DNA of 64,000 nucleotides from a virus: the IMG/VR virus record IMGVR_UViG_3300020370_000002, positions 1 to 64,000 of that record; one strand, written 5' to 3'. Below are positions 37,911 through 48,231 of this stretch, piece after piece (position 1 is the stretch's first letter; every line of letters starts with the position of its first letter). The notes under the pieces were generated by a model. It ran no database searches. It was not told the origin of the DNA and was given only the letters and a program-made list of their open reading frames with translations. Both the position numbers and the translations under genes were made by a program.

Positions 37911-38866
37911 TTAAAAATGTCCTGCCAGTTTCCTGTTGTGCTTGCCCGAGAATACTCAGTTGCACGGTTCTCAAAGAAATTAGTGTGTTCAACACCGTTT
38001 AACATATAGTCTAACCATGGTAACGGGTTGTCTTCACTCCCAAATATTTTTTTCATTCCAAGACCTAAAAGTCTACGATCTGCAATATAACGAATATAAT
38101 CTTTTATTTCTGCTGCGGTAAGATTTGGCACTTCTGCGTTTTCAAAACACAAGTCAATAAAAGCATCTTCAAGCTCTACTGTACGCTCTGCAGCACAATA
38201 AATCTCATACTTTAGATCGTCTGTCCATAAGTCTGGGTTCTCCTTTATAAAAGTGCGAAAGAGCTGTGACATTCCTTCAACGTGCAATGTCTCATCTCGC
38301 ACAGACCATGTAACAATTTGACCCATGCCTTTCATAAGGTTATGTCGAGGAAAGTTCAACAAGATAGCAAAACTACTAAATAGCTGTACCCCCTCGGTGA
38401 AAGCTGAGTATATAGCCATCGTTTTTGCGATATCCATCTCAGTTTTCATACCAAAATTATTCAAGTGCTCATGTTTTGCTAACATTTCCTTGTGTTGGAA
38501 GAATTTTTGATATTCTTCATCACCAAATCCTAACGTTTCCAAGAGCAAAGAATATGCTTCCTGATGTACTGCCTCCATAGCTGCAAAAGCCGAAAGCATC
38601 ATTCGTACTTCAGGTTGTTTGAATGTGGGCAAATAGTGTTTTGCGTACCCACAACAAACGTCTACATCTGCTTGAGTAAAAAACCTAAAGATTTGACTTA
38701 TAAGTTTCTTACTTTCAGGTGTTAGTTTCTCTCTATAGTCACGCAAATCATCTGCAAGATTGACTTCATCTGGAAGCCAGTGCATATGTTGTTGTGTCTT
38801 ATAATGTTCAAAAGCCCAAGGGTAATTAAAGGGCTTGTAATAATTTCTTTCTGCCAATAAACTCAT
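37907..38866 (-). CDS. nrdB: Ribonucleotide reductase class Ia beta subunit
   Basis: FFTQAD, EAVHQEAY (radical Tyr), EGVQLFSSF, DETLH, NFFE. Confidence 0.96.
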   Translation of the reverse strand: MSLLAERNYYKPFNYPWAFEHYKTQQHMHWLPDEVNLADDLRDYREKLTPESKKLISQIFRFFTQADVDVCCGYAKHYLPTFKQPEVRMMLSAFAAMEAVHQEAYSLLLETLGFGDEEYQKFFQHKEMLAKHEHLNNFGMKTEMDIAKTMAIYSAFTEGVQLFSSFAILLNFPRHNLMKGMGQIVTWSVRDETLHVEGMSQLFRTFIKENPDLWTDDLKYEIYCAAERTVELEDAFIDLCFENAEVPNLTAAEIKDYIRYIADRRLLGLGMKKIFGSEDNPLPWLDYMLNGVEHTNFFENRATEYSRASTTGNWQDIFK

Positions 38867-38875
38867 TTTATTTCT

Positions 38876-39037
38876 CTACCAGTGGTGTATCACTCCTGAA
38901 ATTATAAAGAAGCAAGTTATAAAATTTACTAATACAACTATACTTCTTATAATAGCCACTAAATCTGCTTCGTGGGAGTCCTCGGATGCTTTTTCTCCAA
39001 GAGACATTGCCCATAACTTCCATAGTCTAGCCCTCAC
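38876..39037 (-). CDS. Small membrane hypothetical protein
   Basis: WKLWAMSLGEK...EAD...IRS...GVIHHW; probable GTG start overlapping the nrdA end. Confidence 0.55.
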   Translation of the reverse strand: MRARLWKLWAMSLGEKASEDSHEADLVAIIRSIVVLVNFITCFFIISGVIHHW

Positions 39038-40796
39038 AGGCCAAACAGCCTTCGTCGTCCATACTCTCAAAGATATACTGTCGGAGAGCTTCATCAGATA
39101 CTGTTTCGGCTCTCTTTATTGCTTCACTTCTTAAATAGTACAGAGTTTTTACTTTTTTCTTCCATGCCATCATATGAATAGCATGAAGTTCTTGTTTTGA
39201 AACATTTGCAGGAAAGAAGATATTTAAAGACTGACTTTGACAAATTTCTTTTTGTCTGTCTGATGCCATTTCTATTATCCATCTCTGGTCTATTTCTACA
39301 GCGGTCTTAAAGACATCTCTAGTCCAATCATCCAAAAAATCAAGATGCTGAACAGAACCATTGTTTGTAATAATACTTTTCCATACTTCATCAGTATCTT
39401 CTCCTATTTCTTGTAGTATGTGTTCAAGGTATTCATTCTTTAAAAGAGATGATCCCGATTTTGTTTTCTGCGTAAATGCATTAGCGCGGTATGGCTCGAT
39501 ACTAGGAGAAGTATTCCCACAGATAATAGAACTGCTAGCATTGGGAGCCACAGCCAAAAGATGAACATTTCGAACACCCTCGCCAATAGCATCAGGGGCT
39601 TCACCACGCTCCACAGCCAAAGTTGTTGTAGCATTTACTGCCTCCGATTTTATATGTCTAAACATTCTTGCATTATGGCTTTTTGCGATTGCACTCTCAA
39701 AAGGCACATTATGTCTTTGTAAGTAGGCATGGAAGCCCATTGCTCCCAGTCCAAGACTTCTTTCCATTTCAGCACTATATTTTGCTTTTGATAACGTGTC
39801 GGGTGCATTTTCCACAAAGTAAGAGATTACATTGTCTAGCATCCGTATAAGGTCTGGAATAAAGTTCTCATCATTCTTCCACTCGTCATACTCTTCAAGA
39901 TTTACACTTGATAGACAGCATACTGCTGTTCTCTCTTCGTTTGTTGCAAGCGTAATCTCTGAGCACAAATTAGAGTGGTGAACCCGTAACCCCTGCTCTA
40001 ACTGGTATAAGGGGAGAGCTTCTTGTACTGTATTCTTAAATACAATATACGGCTCACCAGTTTCTACTCTATTTTGTATTAGCTTTACCCATAATGTCTT
40101 TGCAGACACGGTTTTAACAACTTTTTTTGTATGTGGGTCTATAAGATCCCATGAATCGTTAAAACCAGGCTCTCTTGTAGCCTGCTCAATTAGCCCCATA
40201 AACCTATCGCTAAGGAGAACACCATGATGCAAATTAACAGACTTTCTATTAACATCGCCTCCTGTGGGCTTACGTACGTCCAAGAACTCTTCGATCTCAG
40301 GGTGAGATATATCCAAATACGCCGCATAACTTCCTCTCCTAGTTACTCCTTGTGAAAACGCCAACATTTCTGCGTCAACAACTTTCATGAATGGTATGAC
40401 TCCTGTGCTCTCAGAGCCGTTAGATGTTTTTGAGCCTACAGAGCGAATAGCTGACCAAGAGCCACCAACGCCACCACCAACACTGGAAAGAAAAGCATTT
40501 TCTGTGTAGTGGCTCGTGATTCCCTCTCTGCTGTCCTCAACATAATTAAGAAAACAACTAATAGGCAAGCCGCGAGTTGTTCCGCCATTAGAGAGTATAG
40601 GAGTAGAAAACATAAACCAAAGTTTACTAGCATAATCATAGAGCCTCTGTGCATGCGCTTCATTATCTGAAAAAGCTTTTGCAGCTCGCGCAAAAGCATC
40701 CTGAGGAGATGTTTCTCCTTCGATTAAATATCTATCTTGTAGAGTTTTGTGACTAAACTCTGACAGATAGTTGTCTCTCTTGTAATCAATTAACAC
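39027..40796 (-). CDS. nrdA: Ribonucleotide reductase class Ia alpha subunit (no ATP cone)
   Basis: PISCFL, SNLCSEI, VAPNASSS, TLYYLR, C-terminal CLAC. Confidence 0.96.
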   Translation of the reverse strand: MLIDYKRDNYLSEFSHKTLQDRYLIEGETSPQDAFARAAKAFSDNEAHAQRLYDYASKLWFMFSTPILSNGGTTRGLPISCFLNYVEDSREGITSHYTENAFLSSVGGGVGGSWSAIRSVGSKTSNGSESTGVIPFMKVVDAEMLAFSQGVTRRGSYAAYLDISHPEIEEFLDVRKPTGGDVNRKSVNLHHGVLLSDRFMGLIEQATREPGFNDSWDLIDPHTKKVVKTVSAKTLWVKLIQNRVETGEPYIVFKNTVQEALPLYQLEQGLRVHHSNLCSEITLATNEERTAVCCLSSVNLEEYDEWKNDENFIPDLIRMLDNVISYFVENAPDTLSKAKYSAEMERSLGLGAMGFHAYLQRHNVPFESAIAKSHNARMFRHIKSEAVNATTTLAVERGEAPDAIGEGVRNVHLLAVAPNASSSIICGNTSPSIEPYRANAFTQKTKSGSSLLKNEYLEHILQEIGEDTDEVWKSIITNNGSVQHLDFLDDWTRDVFKTAVEIDQRWIIEMASDRQKEICQSQSLNIFFPANVSKQELHAIHMMAWKKKVKTLYYLRSEAIKRAETVSDEALRQYIFESMDDEGCLACEG

Positions 40797-41614
40797 GCAA
40801 TTTTCTCCTCAATCTCTGCAATGTTTTTATTTCCGATTGCATCGTCACAATATGACATTAAATCCATTAGCTCATAGTTTTGCAGTATTCGTTCCCCGCT
40901 TGCATTAAGTTCTTGGATGTGCTTATATTTACTAGGTATAGGCATAGAGTCATAGATATTCATTGCATCACCATATGCAACAATTAAGTCTTTAGCTCTC
41001 TTTGGACCAATACCTGTAATTCCTGGAACATTGTCTCCTTTATCTCCTGTGAGGCATTTTAGCGAGATATATTGCTCAGGACTTACTTCATAGTGGTCAT
41101 ACCAGTTTTGAATTCGTACCTCTTTTCGATTTACATATGAAAATCTGCTTACGCCTTCTTGTATTAGTAAGTCCCAGTCTCGGTCGCTTGATATAAGCCA
41201 GACTTCTCCAAAACCATACTTATCTTTGTTTTTTACTAAGTGTGCGGCAATATCATCTGCTTCTACTCCGTCAAAGCGTAGTAAAGGCAAAAATGCACCA
41301 AGCATATCAAGAGTGGCTTGGTACTCTTCGAAAAACTCTTCAAACGCAATTTTTTCTTCTTCCGTCTGAGTCGCATACTTGTCTTTTCTATTCTGTTTAT
41401 AATCAGGAAGTATAGCTTTACGGTATGCTGAAGCGCCTCCGTCTGCTGTAAGTATTACGTCCTTACACTTATATGAATCTGCAAGACTATGTATGGTCTT
41501 TTCGTACTCATATCTAAAATCTGTTCTGCCCTGATGTTTCCATCGGAACGCTAAGTTGAGGGCATCAACTATCATTGTTCCTTCTTTTTTCTGAGAATTA
41601 AAACTAAGTGCCAT
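40790..41614 (-). CDS. D15: Flap endonuclease / 5'-3' exonuclease (T5 D15-like)
   Basis: IVDALNLAFR, YKQNR, GVEADD, SSDRDW, GDKGDNVPGITGIGPKRA. Confidence 0.93.
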   Translation of the reverse strand: MALSFNSQKKEGTMIVDALNLAFRWKHQGRTDFRYEYEKTIHSLADSYKCKDVILTADGGASAYRKAILPDYKQNRKDKYATQTEEEKIAFEEFFEEYQATLDMLGAFLPLLRFDGVEADDIAAHLVKNKDKYGFGEVWLISSDRDWDLLIQEGVSRFSYVNRKEVRIQNWYDHYEVSPEQYISLKCLTGDKGDNVPGITGIGPKRAKDLIVAYGDAMNIYDSMPIPSKYKHIQELNASGERILQNYELMDLMSYCDDAIGNKNIAEIEEKIAC

Positions 41615-42047
41615 TTATAAATTCTACCTTTTCTTTTTGCAACCATTGTTCTGCAATACAGATATAGCAGTTTAAGTCGCTAATATAAATATAATTTGTA
41701 TACTCTGGTTTATCTTCTGTGCCTACATATATCTTTGATCTATTATATTTGAAAAAGAGCAAAGGACGCTGTTTTCCTGCGATTGCCTGTACAGTTACTT
41801 TTTTCCACCATCGTATTAAATTATTTGTTTTTAACTGAGAAAGTATTTTATCTGTCAAAGGAGTTTCTGCATAGTTTTTTACTTCGATACAGAAATGATT
41901 CTTTTCATTTGGAACATATAAATCTCCTTTTAAATATTCCAAAGCTCCTGACATGGGTACTCGTTCAAACTGAAGATTTGTATATTCTCTTAGTAAGTCT
42001 CTTACTAAATACTCTCCGCGAGCACCTTTTGCTCTGCTATCTACCAT
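41604..42047 (-). CDS. D14: Holliday-junction-resolvase-like nuclease (T5 D14-like)
   Basis: SRAKGARGE, RVPMSGA, GDL, IEVKN PD-(D/E)xK motif. Confidence 0.85.
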   Translation of the reverse strand: MVDSRAKGARGEYLVRDLLREYTNLQFERVPMSGALEYLKGDLYVPNEKNHFCIEVKNYAETPLTDKILSQLKTNNLIRWWKKVTVQAIAGKQRPLLFFKYNRSKIYVGTEDKPEYTNYIYISDLNCYICIAEQWLQKEKVEFINGT

Positions 42048-42295
42048 TCAGTTTTCTGCCATCTATCCTTGTATAGCTCGTCCTCAGGGTAGGCATAGCC
42101 TATCCCATTTAAGGCAGCTAGTTTATCTTTGTACTCGGCAATCTTTCCAAGTTCTTCTTCTATTGTTGCCATCGTATCAGGGTGTTCTGCCACACCTACT
42201 GGGTTTTTCATAAAAACCTGTGCATTGATTGTGTGTTTTGCAATCTGCCCTTCCAGATACTTTTCCATGTGTTCTTTTATAACATTATATGCCAT
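42041..42295 (-). CDS. Hypothetical protein
   Basis: NPVGVAEHPD motif; start adjusted to ATG 42295 (TAATG coupling). Confidence 0.6.
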   Translation of the reverse strand: MAYNVIKEHMEKYLEGQIAKHTINAQVFMKNPVGVAEHPDTMATIEEELGKIAEYKDKLAALNGIGYAYPEDELYKDRWQKTEW

Positions 42296-42510
42296 TAAAA
42301 CCTTCCCATTCTGTTTAGCATTCTTTGATACTCTAGCCTTATCTTTGCTTCGGCTTCGCTTCGTTCCATCAAGTAACATTCTCTTCTACCTCCGAAAGTT
42401 TCGCATATCTCTATGTACTCTGTCGAGTTGAAGCTTGATGTTCCTTTTGTAGGAATTAATTTACCGCTAGTACAACCTGTTAATAATAATAAAATTAATA
42501 AGTGTCTCAT
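42295..42510 (-). CDS. Small lipoprotein
   Basis: MRHLLILLLLTG-C lipobox. Confidence 0.6.
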   Translation of the reverse strand: MRHLLILLLLTGCTSGKLIPTKGTSSFNSTEYIEICETFGGRRECYLMERSEAEAKIRLEYQRMLNRMGRF

Positions 42511-44300
42511 TCGAGTCTACTAATGTTCTCCCTTTTAACTACTTCTTTCTTTTCAAGAAGTGGGTGAGTCCAACCGTGTGAAACTATGTAAGTATTTAAA
42601 TCTTCGCTAAGAAGAACCTCTACTAGCTTCTCACGCCCTGTATCATCTAATACTGCGATGACTTCATCTAAGAAAAGTATGTTAAGTCGAGACTTCGAGA
42701 TGCTACTCATTAGCTTTCGAATAGCAATCAACGTGGCAGTATTCACTCTTGCTAACTCTCCTGAAGAAAGTGCGAGAATATCTACTATTTTGCCATCATC
42801 TTCAACCTGTACATTTAACTTATCATTAGATACTACAAATTCAAGAGTAAACCTTCCATCAGAAAGCTCTGCTAGATAGGTGTTCGCCAATTCTTCTAAC
42901 TCTTTTACAAGATTTTCGATCTTATAGGCAAGAAGTCCGTTTGTACTAAAGGACTTTTTTAATATTTCAAGATTCGACAGCAGGGCTTCCTGTTTTATGA
43001 GAACGTCCTGAAATTCTGCCAGTTCTAAAAGAAAAGCATTTGTTTGTTCTTGAATTACTTGGATTCGAGTGTTGTGCTTTGTTCTTCTTTCATTTTCCTT
43101 TGCTGTGTTCTCCAGTTCGCTCTTTCGTTCAAGTAACTGCGCACGAACGCTTTGTAACCGACTATCGAGCTCTTCTTTATCCAAAAGAGCCGTAGGAAGA
43201 TCCCGATCAATACTCTGCCAAAGTTCCTTCCAATCGTTTTCCAACTTTTTTGTTTCGTCAAATCTTTTGTTGTCATTCTTAATTCGTCTAATTTCTTCTG
43301 TAATCCGTTCAATTTCTTTCTCCGCATCTATTGCTTTTCGTGTTTCCGCCGCTACAAGTGACTGTTTGAAGGTCGGATCTACCTCCTGTTCGCACGTAGG
43401 ACATATATCCCCTAATTTATTCAACTTTTCTACAAGTCGTTGAGACCCCGCTGCGACTTGAGAGTGCTCTCCCATTTTTGTCTGTAAAGAGTCATACGAC
43501 TTTCTTTCAGTTACAGACGGGTTTTGTACTTCTTGTAAATTAATTTGACCTAATAAGGTTCTCAACTGATTATTTTTTGAGATTTTTTTATTTTTTTCCG
43601 AAATATTTTCAATTTCTTTCGTAAGATATCGGAATTGCTTCTCATCTTCATCCGAAGAAATTGGTAAATCTAACATGGGAAGTATGTTAGTATCCCCTAA
43701 TTTGTTATCTACTAACCATTTTTCTATCGTATCGAGCTTTGCTTGTACTCCGTTAATTTCCAAAGAAGCAACTCTAGCAGCCTCTTTAAAAATATCAAAT
43801 AGCTGGACATAGTTTTCAAGGTGTAGCAAATCGATCAAAAACTTTTTTCTGTTTGTATCTGTAGCGGTTAGAAACTGTAAACTCGCATTTGTATTTTGAT
43901 ACACTAACTGAGAAAAAGTTTTGAAATCTACACCGATAGTATCTTGTATGGTTTTGTATGTGTTTGTAGCTGTATGACTGGAGATATCCTCTCCGTTCTT
44001 TTCAAGCTTTACTTTTACACTTGTCTTTCTATCAATACTAACTACATAAGTATCTTCGTCTTTAGTAAAAACTAATCGTATATTATAGCCTTTACCTATA
44101 TATCTATTTGGTATATCTGCTTTTTTGATTCCTTTGGAATTTTTGTTGTACAGCGCCTCCTCTATAATTAGAGGTATAGAGGATTTGCCAGTACCATTTG
44201 TTCCAATGATTTGAGTTACAGTATTGTTATCAAGAAGTAACTCGTTGTTAGAACCATAGCTAAAGCAGTTATTCCACTGTAGCTGTTTTAGAGTAATCAT
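42507..44300 (-). CDS. D13: Rad50/SbcC-like recombination ATPase (T5 D13)
   Basis: GTNGTGKS, CPTC zinc hook, LSSGE signature, LFLDE. Confidence 0.93.
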   Translation of the reverse strand: MITLKQLQWNNCFSYGSNNELLLDNNTVTQIIGTNGTGKSSIPLIIEEALYNKNSKGIKKADIPNRYIGKGYNIRLVFTKDEDTYVVSIDRKTSVKVKLEKNGEDISSHTATNTYKTIQDTIGVDFKTFSQLVYQNTNASLQFLTATDTNRKKFLIDLLHLENYVQLFDIFKEAARVASLEINGVQAKLDTIEKWLVDNKLGDTNILPMLDLPISSDEDEKQFRYLTKEIENISEKNKKISKNNQLRTLLGQINLQEVQNPSVTERKSYDSLQTKMGEHSQVAAGSQRLVEKLNKLGDICPTCEQEVDPTFKQSLVAAETRKAIDAEKEIERITEEIRRIKNDNKRFDETKKLENDWKELWQSIDRDLPTALLDKEELDSRLQSVRAQLLERKSELENTAKENERRTKHNTRIQVIQEQTNAFLLELAEFQDVLIKQEALLSNLEILKKSFSTNGLLAYKIENLVKELEELANTYLAELSDGRFTLEFVVSNDKLNVQVEDDGKIVDILALSSGELARVNTATLIAIRKLMSSISKSRLNILFLDEVIAVLDDTGREKLVEVLLSEDLNTYIVSHGWTHPLLEKKEVVKRENISRLE

Positions 44301-45228
44301 TAAATGTTCCTATTATACTAGATATTTTATCTTTAGGAAGCTCTAGTATGTATTCCAGATACTCTGCTAGTTCTTCTCCTACACTCATTTCTTTATCGAG
44401 AACAAGGGTTGCTTCCGTACTTCGTTTCACAACTTTCTTATCTAAAAGTTCTGAGTTTTTTACTTTCGAGAGGTCTTGTATATCGCCTTCCAACTCATAA
44501 ATTGTGTGATGATAGTCGCTTGGAATCATCTCTTCAGCACTACTTACAGTCTTTCTCAGAAGCTGTGGTAAATAGAACTTATCCCACATCCAAGACCAAT
44601 CTTTATCATTTATAAGTAAATACCCTGTTTCTACCTCATTTCTATGAAATGAAGTAGTCATAGGACTTCCTGGGTATACAATATTTCTCTGAGTATTACT
44701 ATGCGCATGTAAGTCTCCTGCAAAAACTACAGGAAACTCAGCTAAGCGATCTAAATCTACTTCTGGTTTTACATGGGGAGGAATCTCTCCCCGCACATGA
44801 GTAAATAAAGGCATAGAAGTTTTAAATGTTTCTATACTGTCTTCTCGGTGTAAGTCCGCATAAGGAAGCACACTAAACCCTTTATCTGTATCCACATAAG
44901 AAAAATCGACAACATGAATCAAAGGATTTATGTCTCTACTTACTTGCTTTAATTGAGTAAAGAAAGTTCTATTTTTCTTTGTGGCTTCGTGGTTTCCATC
45001 GTAGATAAGAGTGGGGATGGTGACTCTTCGTATAAACGAAAAGTACAATTCTAACTCTTCCATAGTCGGAAGACGATCAAAGAGATCGCCTCCGATTATG
45101 TGCATATTGCATTGTTTTTCCTGTTCGCTGATTTGCTCGAAAAAAGACTCGTATCTTTTTTTCGCCCAAGCAACTGGGACATTCTTCTGCCCCAGTTTTA
45201 TGTGCCAATCGGCTGTAAACAGTATCAC
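44269..45228 (-). CDS. D12: Mre11/SbcD-like nuclease (T5 D12)
   Basis: ADWH, GGDLFD, GNHE, GDLH, YPGSP. Confidence 0.93.
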   Translation of the reverse strand: MILFTADWHIKLGQKNVPVAWAKKRYESFFEQISEQEKQCNMHIIGGDLFDRLPTMEELELYFSFIRRVTIPTLIYDGNHEATKKNRTFFTQLKQVSRDINPLIHVVDFSYVDTDKGFSVLPYADLHREDSIETFKTSMPLFTHVRGEIPPHVKPEVDLDRLAEFPVVFAGDLHAHSNTQRNIVYPGSPMTTSFHRNEVETGYLLINDKDWSWMWDKFYLPQLLRKTVSSAEEMIPSDYHHTIYELEGDIQDLSKVKNSELLDKKVVKRSTEATLVLDKEMSVGEELAEYLEYILELPKDKISSIIGTFNDYSKTATVE

Positions 45229-45851
45229 GCTACGTTAAACTCTGCTTCAAGGGTTTCGTCAATCTCAGAGACAGTCTCTTGGCGTATGCGGTCAAGAAGC
45301 TCTTTCTGAGCGTCAGGAGTAGGACGAGGCATCACGTCATCCATGGACTTTACATCCGCAGCAAGAGCCGCGTCAGAGTCCGAAAGTGCACTAGGCTTGC
45401 ACTTTAGAGGTTGTAACTGGTATTCCACATTATAGGGAAGAGGACCAGTTTTAACTCTCTTAAATTTGATTTCCCATCCAGTCTCAGGATCGGTAGGATC
45501 GCCTAAATCCTCTGCGGCAGTTATGATTTGCTCCCACAGCTTCTTTTTTAGATTAACAACTTTTACTTCACCGTTGTCAATGCACTGAGTTGCATAGCTC
45601 CAACCACACTTGAGGTCGGGGTAGTATTCACGAACCCAATCCTTCTCTTTGTTGTTGAACGCTTCTGCATTGCGATCAAAAGACAGACACTCCAAAGGAA
45701 TGTTCTTGTCGTTTTCGCCTTTGACCCAGTACACATAGCGAGCAAGAATGTCGCCTACGAGACGAAAAGAGTTGTCACCGTCTTTGTACTGAAATGTGCT
45801 GATAGAGGTTTTTTGAGCAGATCCCTTCTGCTGATTAAATGATATTGCCAT
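45225..45851 (-). CDS. D11: Single-stranded DNA-binding protein (T5 D11-like)
   Basis: ARYVYW, LKKKLWEQI, LGDPTD, KTGPLPYNVEY, acidic tail; start adjusted. Confidence 0.8.
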   Translation of the reverse strand: MAISFNQQKGSAQKTSISTFQYKDGDNSFRLVGDILARYVYWVKGENDKNIPLECLSFDRNAEAFNNKEKDWVREYYPDLKCGWSYATQCIDNGEVKVVNLKKKLWEQIITAAEDLGDPTDPETGWEIKFKRVKTGPLPYNVEYQLQPLKCKPSALSDSDAALAADVKSMDDVMPRPTPDAQKELLDRIRQETVSEIDETLEAEFNVA

Positions 45852-45852
45852 T

Positions 45853-46254
45853 TTAATGTATCTCCATTGGGGCTTCTTCGTATAGAAAGTGAAGTTGATC
45901 ACTATCTACATAAAGTAGTCTAGGGTTGTCTAAAAATATAAAAGGATCTATTGTTAAATGCAATAAATCCAATGAAAGTTTGCCGTGTGCAGCATACTCG
46001 GCGTATGAACGTGCACTGGCCATTGCTACGTAAATACAGATGTCTTTGTATGAATACTGATACGCATTATACAATAAAACATCTGGGTGTAGTAGAAAGG
46101 AGTCACCACGGAAATCAATATGAGAATATTTATATATTTTATCATACTGGTTTACTGGTAGTTCTTTTTCTACTAACATTTTTAAAACTCGCAAGACCTC
46201 GGAAGTATTTCCTCTGCAAGTTTCATAAATCTTTTTCCAATCGTAGAATAACAT
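45853..46254 (-). CDS. Conserved T5-like hypothetical protein
   Basis: MLFYDWKKI...GDSFLLHP; syntenic between D10 and D11. Confidence 0.6.
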   Translation of the reverse strand: MLFYDWKKIYETCRGNTSEVLRVLKMLVEKELPVNQYDKIYKYSHIDFRGDSFLLHPDVLLYNAYQYSYKDICIYVAMASARSYAEYAAHGKLSLDLLHLTIDPFIFLDNPRLLYVDSDQLHFLYEEAPMEIH

Positions 46255-46283
46255 ATTATATCAAAAATTATAACTCATGTCAA
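46255..46283 (-). promoter_or_regulatory. Consensus sigma70 promoter
   Basis: AAAAATAATAC-TTGACA-N17-TATAAT on the minus strand. Confidence 0.8.
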
Positions 46284-46294
46284 GTATTATTTTT

Positions 46295-47578
46295 TTAAAG
46301 TTCCTGTATCTGGTAACCCTGTTTCATATAGTATCCCATCCTGTTGGAAGCCTGCCTGCGTGCAGTATTCCCTTTCAAGTGTACGTCTATAACGAGAGGG
46401 TCTTTCTTATCTTTCTTCTGTCTTATCACTCTGCCGATTAACTGAGTGAGTAGAGGCTCGTTATTCACTGGCGTACCTAAAATGAGGCAACTCAAGTCGT
46501 CTAGTGAGATGCCTTCTGAGAAAATAGCTTGTGTACCGAATAAAATATCTGCTTTTCCGTTTGAAATCTTAGACATGAGTGTTTTTCTCTCCTCATGCGG
46601 CACCTCACCCGTAACACAAACAGCTCTATCACCTGCCAGTTCGGCGCAGACCTGCAAAAAATGCACACGATCACTTACTACGAGCACTTTGTGCCCTTTC
46701 TTTGCGTAAAATGCGGCTAAAAGTGCAATGCTGTGCAGATATTCTTCATTGTAGGCTAAGTTTGTTACTTTATTTGCCCAAGGAATGTTACTTCCGTCCA
46801 TAAATCGTACTTCCGAGCGGTATACAAGTATGCTCGGAGTCATATAGTTTTCTTTTGGAGGTTTGATTACTTTTTGTCCAAAGTAATCACGAAATACTAC
46901 GTGTTTGCCATCTTTTCTTTCTATAGTGCCCGATAGGCCGATCTTATATCTTGCATAATTTGAGTCTATGACTTTAGAAAACGTTGGAGACGAGACATGA
47001 TGCATTTCGTCCAAGATGACGGTTCCAAATTCTCGACGTATATCTGGAATGCGACGGTACAGACTTTGAGTGTTCCCAATAACCACAGGACTGTCAATGT
47101 CCATTTTACCACTTCCAATAATACCTGCTGTAATTCCATATACTTTTTCTACCTCTGCCGCCCACTGGTTTCTTAGTGGAACTGTGTGTACAACTATAAG
47201 TGTTTTCTGCCCTAGTTTGCCAGCTATTGCAAGACCTGTAAAAGTCTTTCCCCAACTGACCCAAGCGTTTATTATACAGTTGTCATCAACTTCGTCAAAA
47301 GCATCCTTTTGGCTTGGTCGTAACTCAAACTTAAAGTCAGGAAAGTCGACTGGCTTTGTTATACGCTTATTGACTATTTCGTAGTCATCTGGGATTAGAT
47401 CCATTCGTCCAATCGGAATACTAACTAAGTTACTCTTAATACGTGCCATATTCTTAATAACTATAGGCGGATCTTTCCGATTGAACGAAGGAATCGTATA
47501 TGTCAGTTCTTTGCTTAAAATGTCTTTATATTTATCTGTTACTTCAAGATAAATACGGTTACTGACTACTGCTTTCAT
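46295..47578 (-). CDS. D10: SF2 DNA helicase (T5 D10/UvsW-like)
   Basis: WGKT, ILDEMHH, GLSGT, SEGIS, QLIGRVIR. Confidence 0.92.
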   Translation of the reverse strand: MKAVVSNRIYLEVTDKYKDILSKELTYTIPSFNRKDPPIVIKNMARIKSNLVSIPIGRMDLIPDDYEIVNKRITKPVDFPDFKFELRPSQKDAFDEVDDNCIINAWVSWGKTFTGLAIAGKLGQKTLIVVHTVPLRNQWAAEVEKVYGITAGIIGSGKMDIDSPVVIGNTQSLYRRIPDIRREFGTVILDEMHHVSSPTFSKVIDSNYARYKIGLSGTIERKDGKHVVFRDYFGQKVIKPPKENYMTPSILVYRSEVRFMDGSNIPWANKVTNLAYNEEYLHSIALLAAFYAKKGHKVLVVSDRVHFLQVCAELAGDRAVCVTGEVPHEERKTLMSKISNGKADILFGTQAIFSEGISLDDLSCLILGTPVNNEPLLTQLIGRVIRQKKDKKDPLVIDVHLKGNTARRQASNRMGYYMKQGYQIQEL

Positions 47579-48228
47579 GCGTACTCTTTTGCTATAATAT
47601 ACTCTTTTACAAAACCGCTTCGTACAATATCCTCTACCCCAAACTCTATAAAATCAAATCGATTCATAGAAGCTAGAATCTCAAAAAACTCCTTCATTCC
47701 GTTCTGTTTTAGATCGGATTGTGAGAAGTCTCCGCAGAATATCACTCTACAGTTTTCCCCGACTCTTGTTATGATAGAGTCTAATTCATGAAAACTCATA
47801 TTTTGACACTCATCTATAAGTATAACTGCATCTCTGAGTGTGATACCTCTTATGTAAGAAGTAGTCATAAAATGCACTAATCTTTTAGTTTTAAGTATCT
47901 GGTATGCGTCTCCTCTTGCAAACAAATCAATAGATATGTCATAGTAAGGCTCTTCATACACTGAGCTTTTTTCTTTTTCAGTTCCTGGTAGAAAACCAAT
48001 ATCCCTAGTAGGAACTGCACTTCGTATGATTACTAACTTTTCATACTGATTTTTTGTCATATCGTCAAATGCAAGATAACATGATATGAAAGTCTTTCCC
48101 GTGCCTGCACACCCATGCAGAACTAAATTTTTATCACTTTCAAAAGCAACTAATTGATTACGGGTCAAAGGTTCTATCTCTGCTAGTTCTAAACCAGAAC
48201 CATTCAGAGTTTTACTACGTTTAGCCAT
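47575..48228 (-). CDS. phoH: PhoH-family ATPase
   Basis: GCAGTGKTF, IGFLPG, YIRGIT, IDECQN, GDFSQSD, DIVRSG. Confidence 0.95.
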   Translation of the reverse strand: MAKRSKTLNGSGLELAEIEPLTRNQLVAFESDKNLVLHGCAGTGKTFISCYLAFDDMTKNQYEKLVIIRSAVPTRDIGFLPGTEKEKSSVYEEPYYDISIDLFARGDAYQILKTKRLVHFMTTSYIRGITLRDAVILIDECQNMSFHELDSIITRVGENCRVIFCGDFSQSDLKQNGMKEFFEILASMNRFDFIEFGVEDIVRSGFVKEYIIAKEYA

Positions 48229-48231
48229 AGT

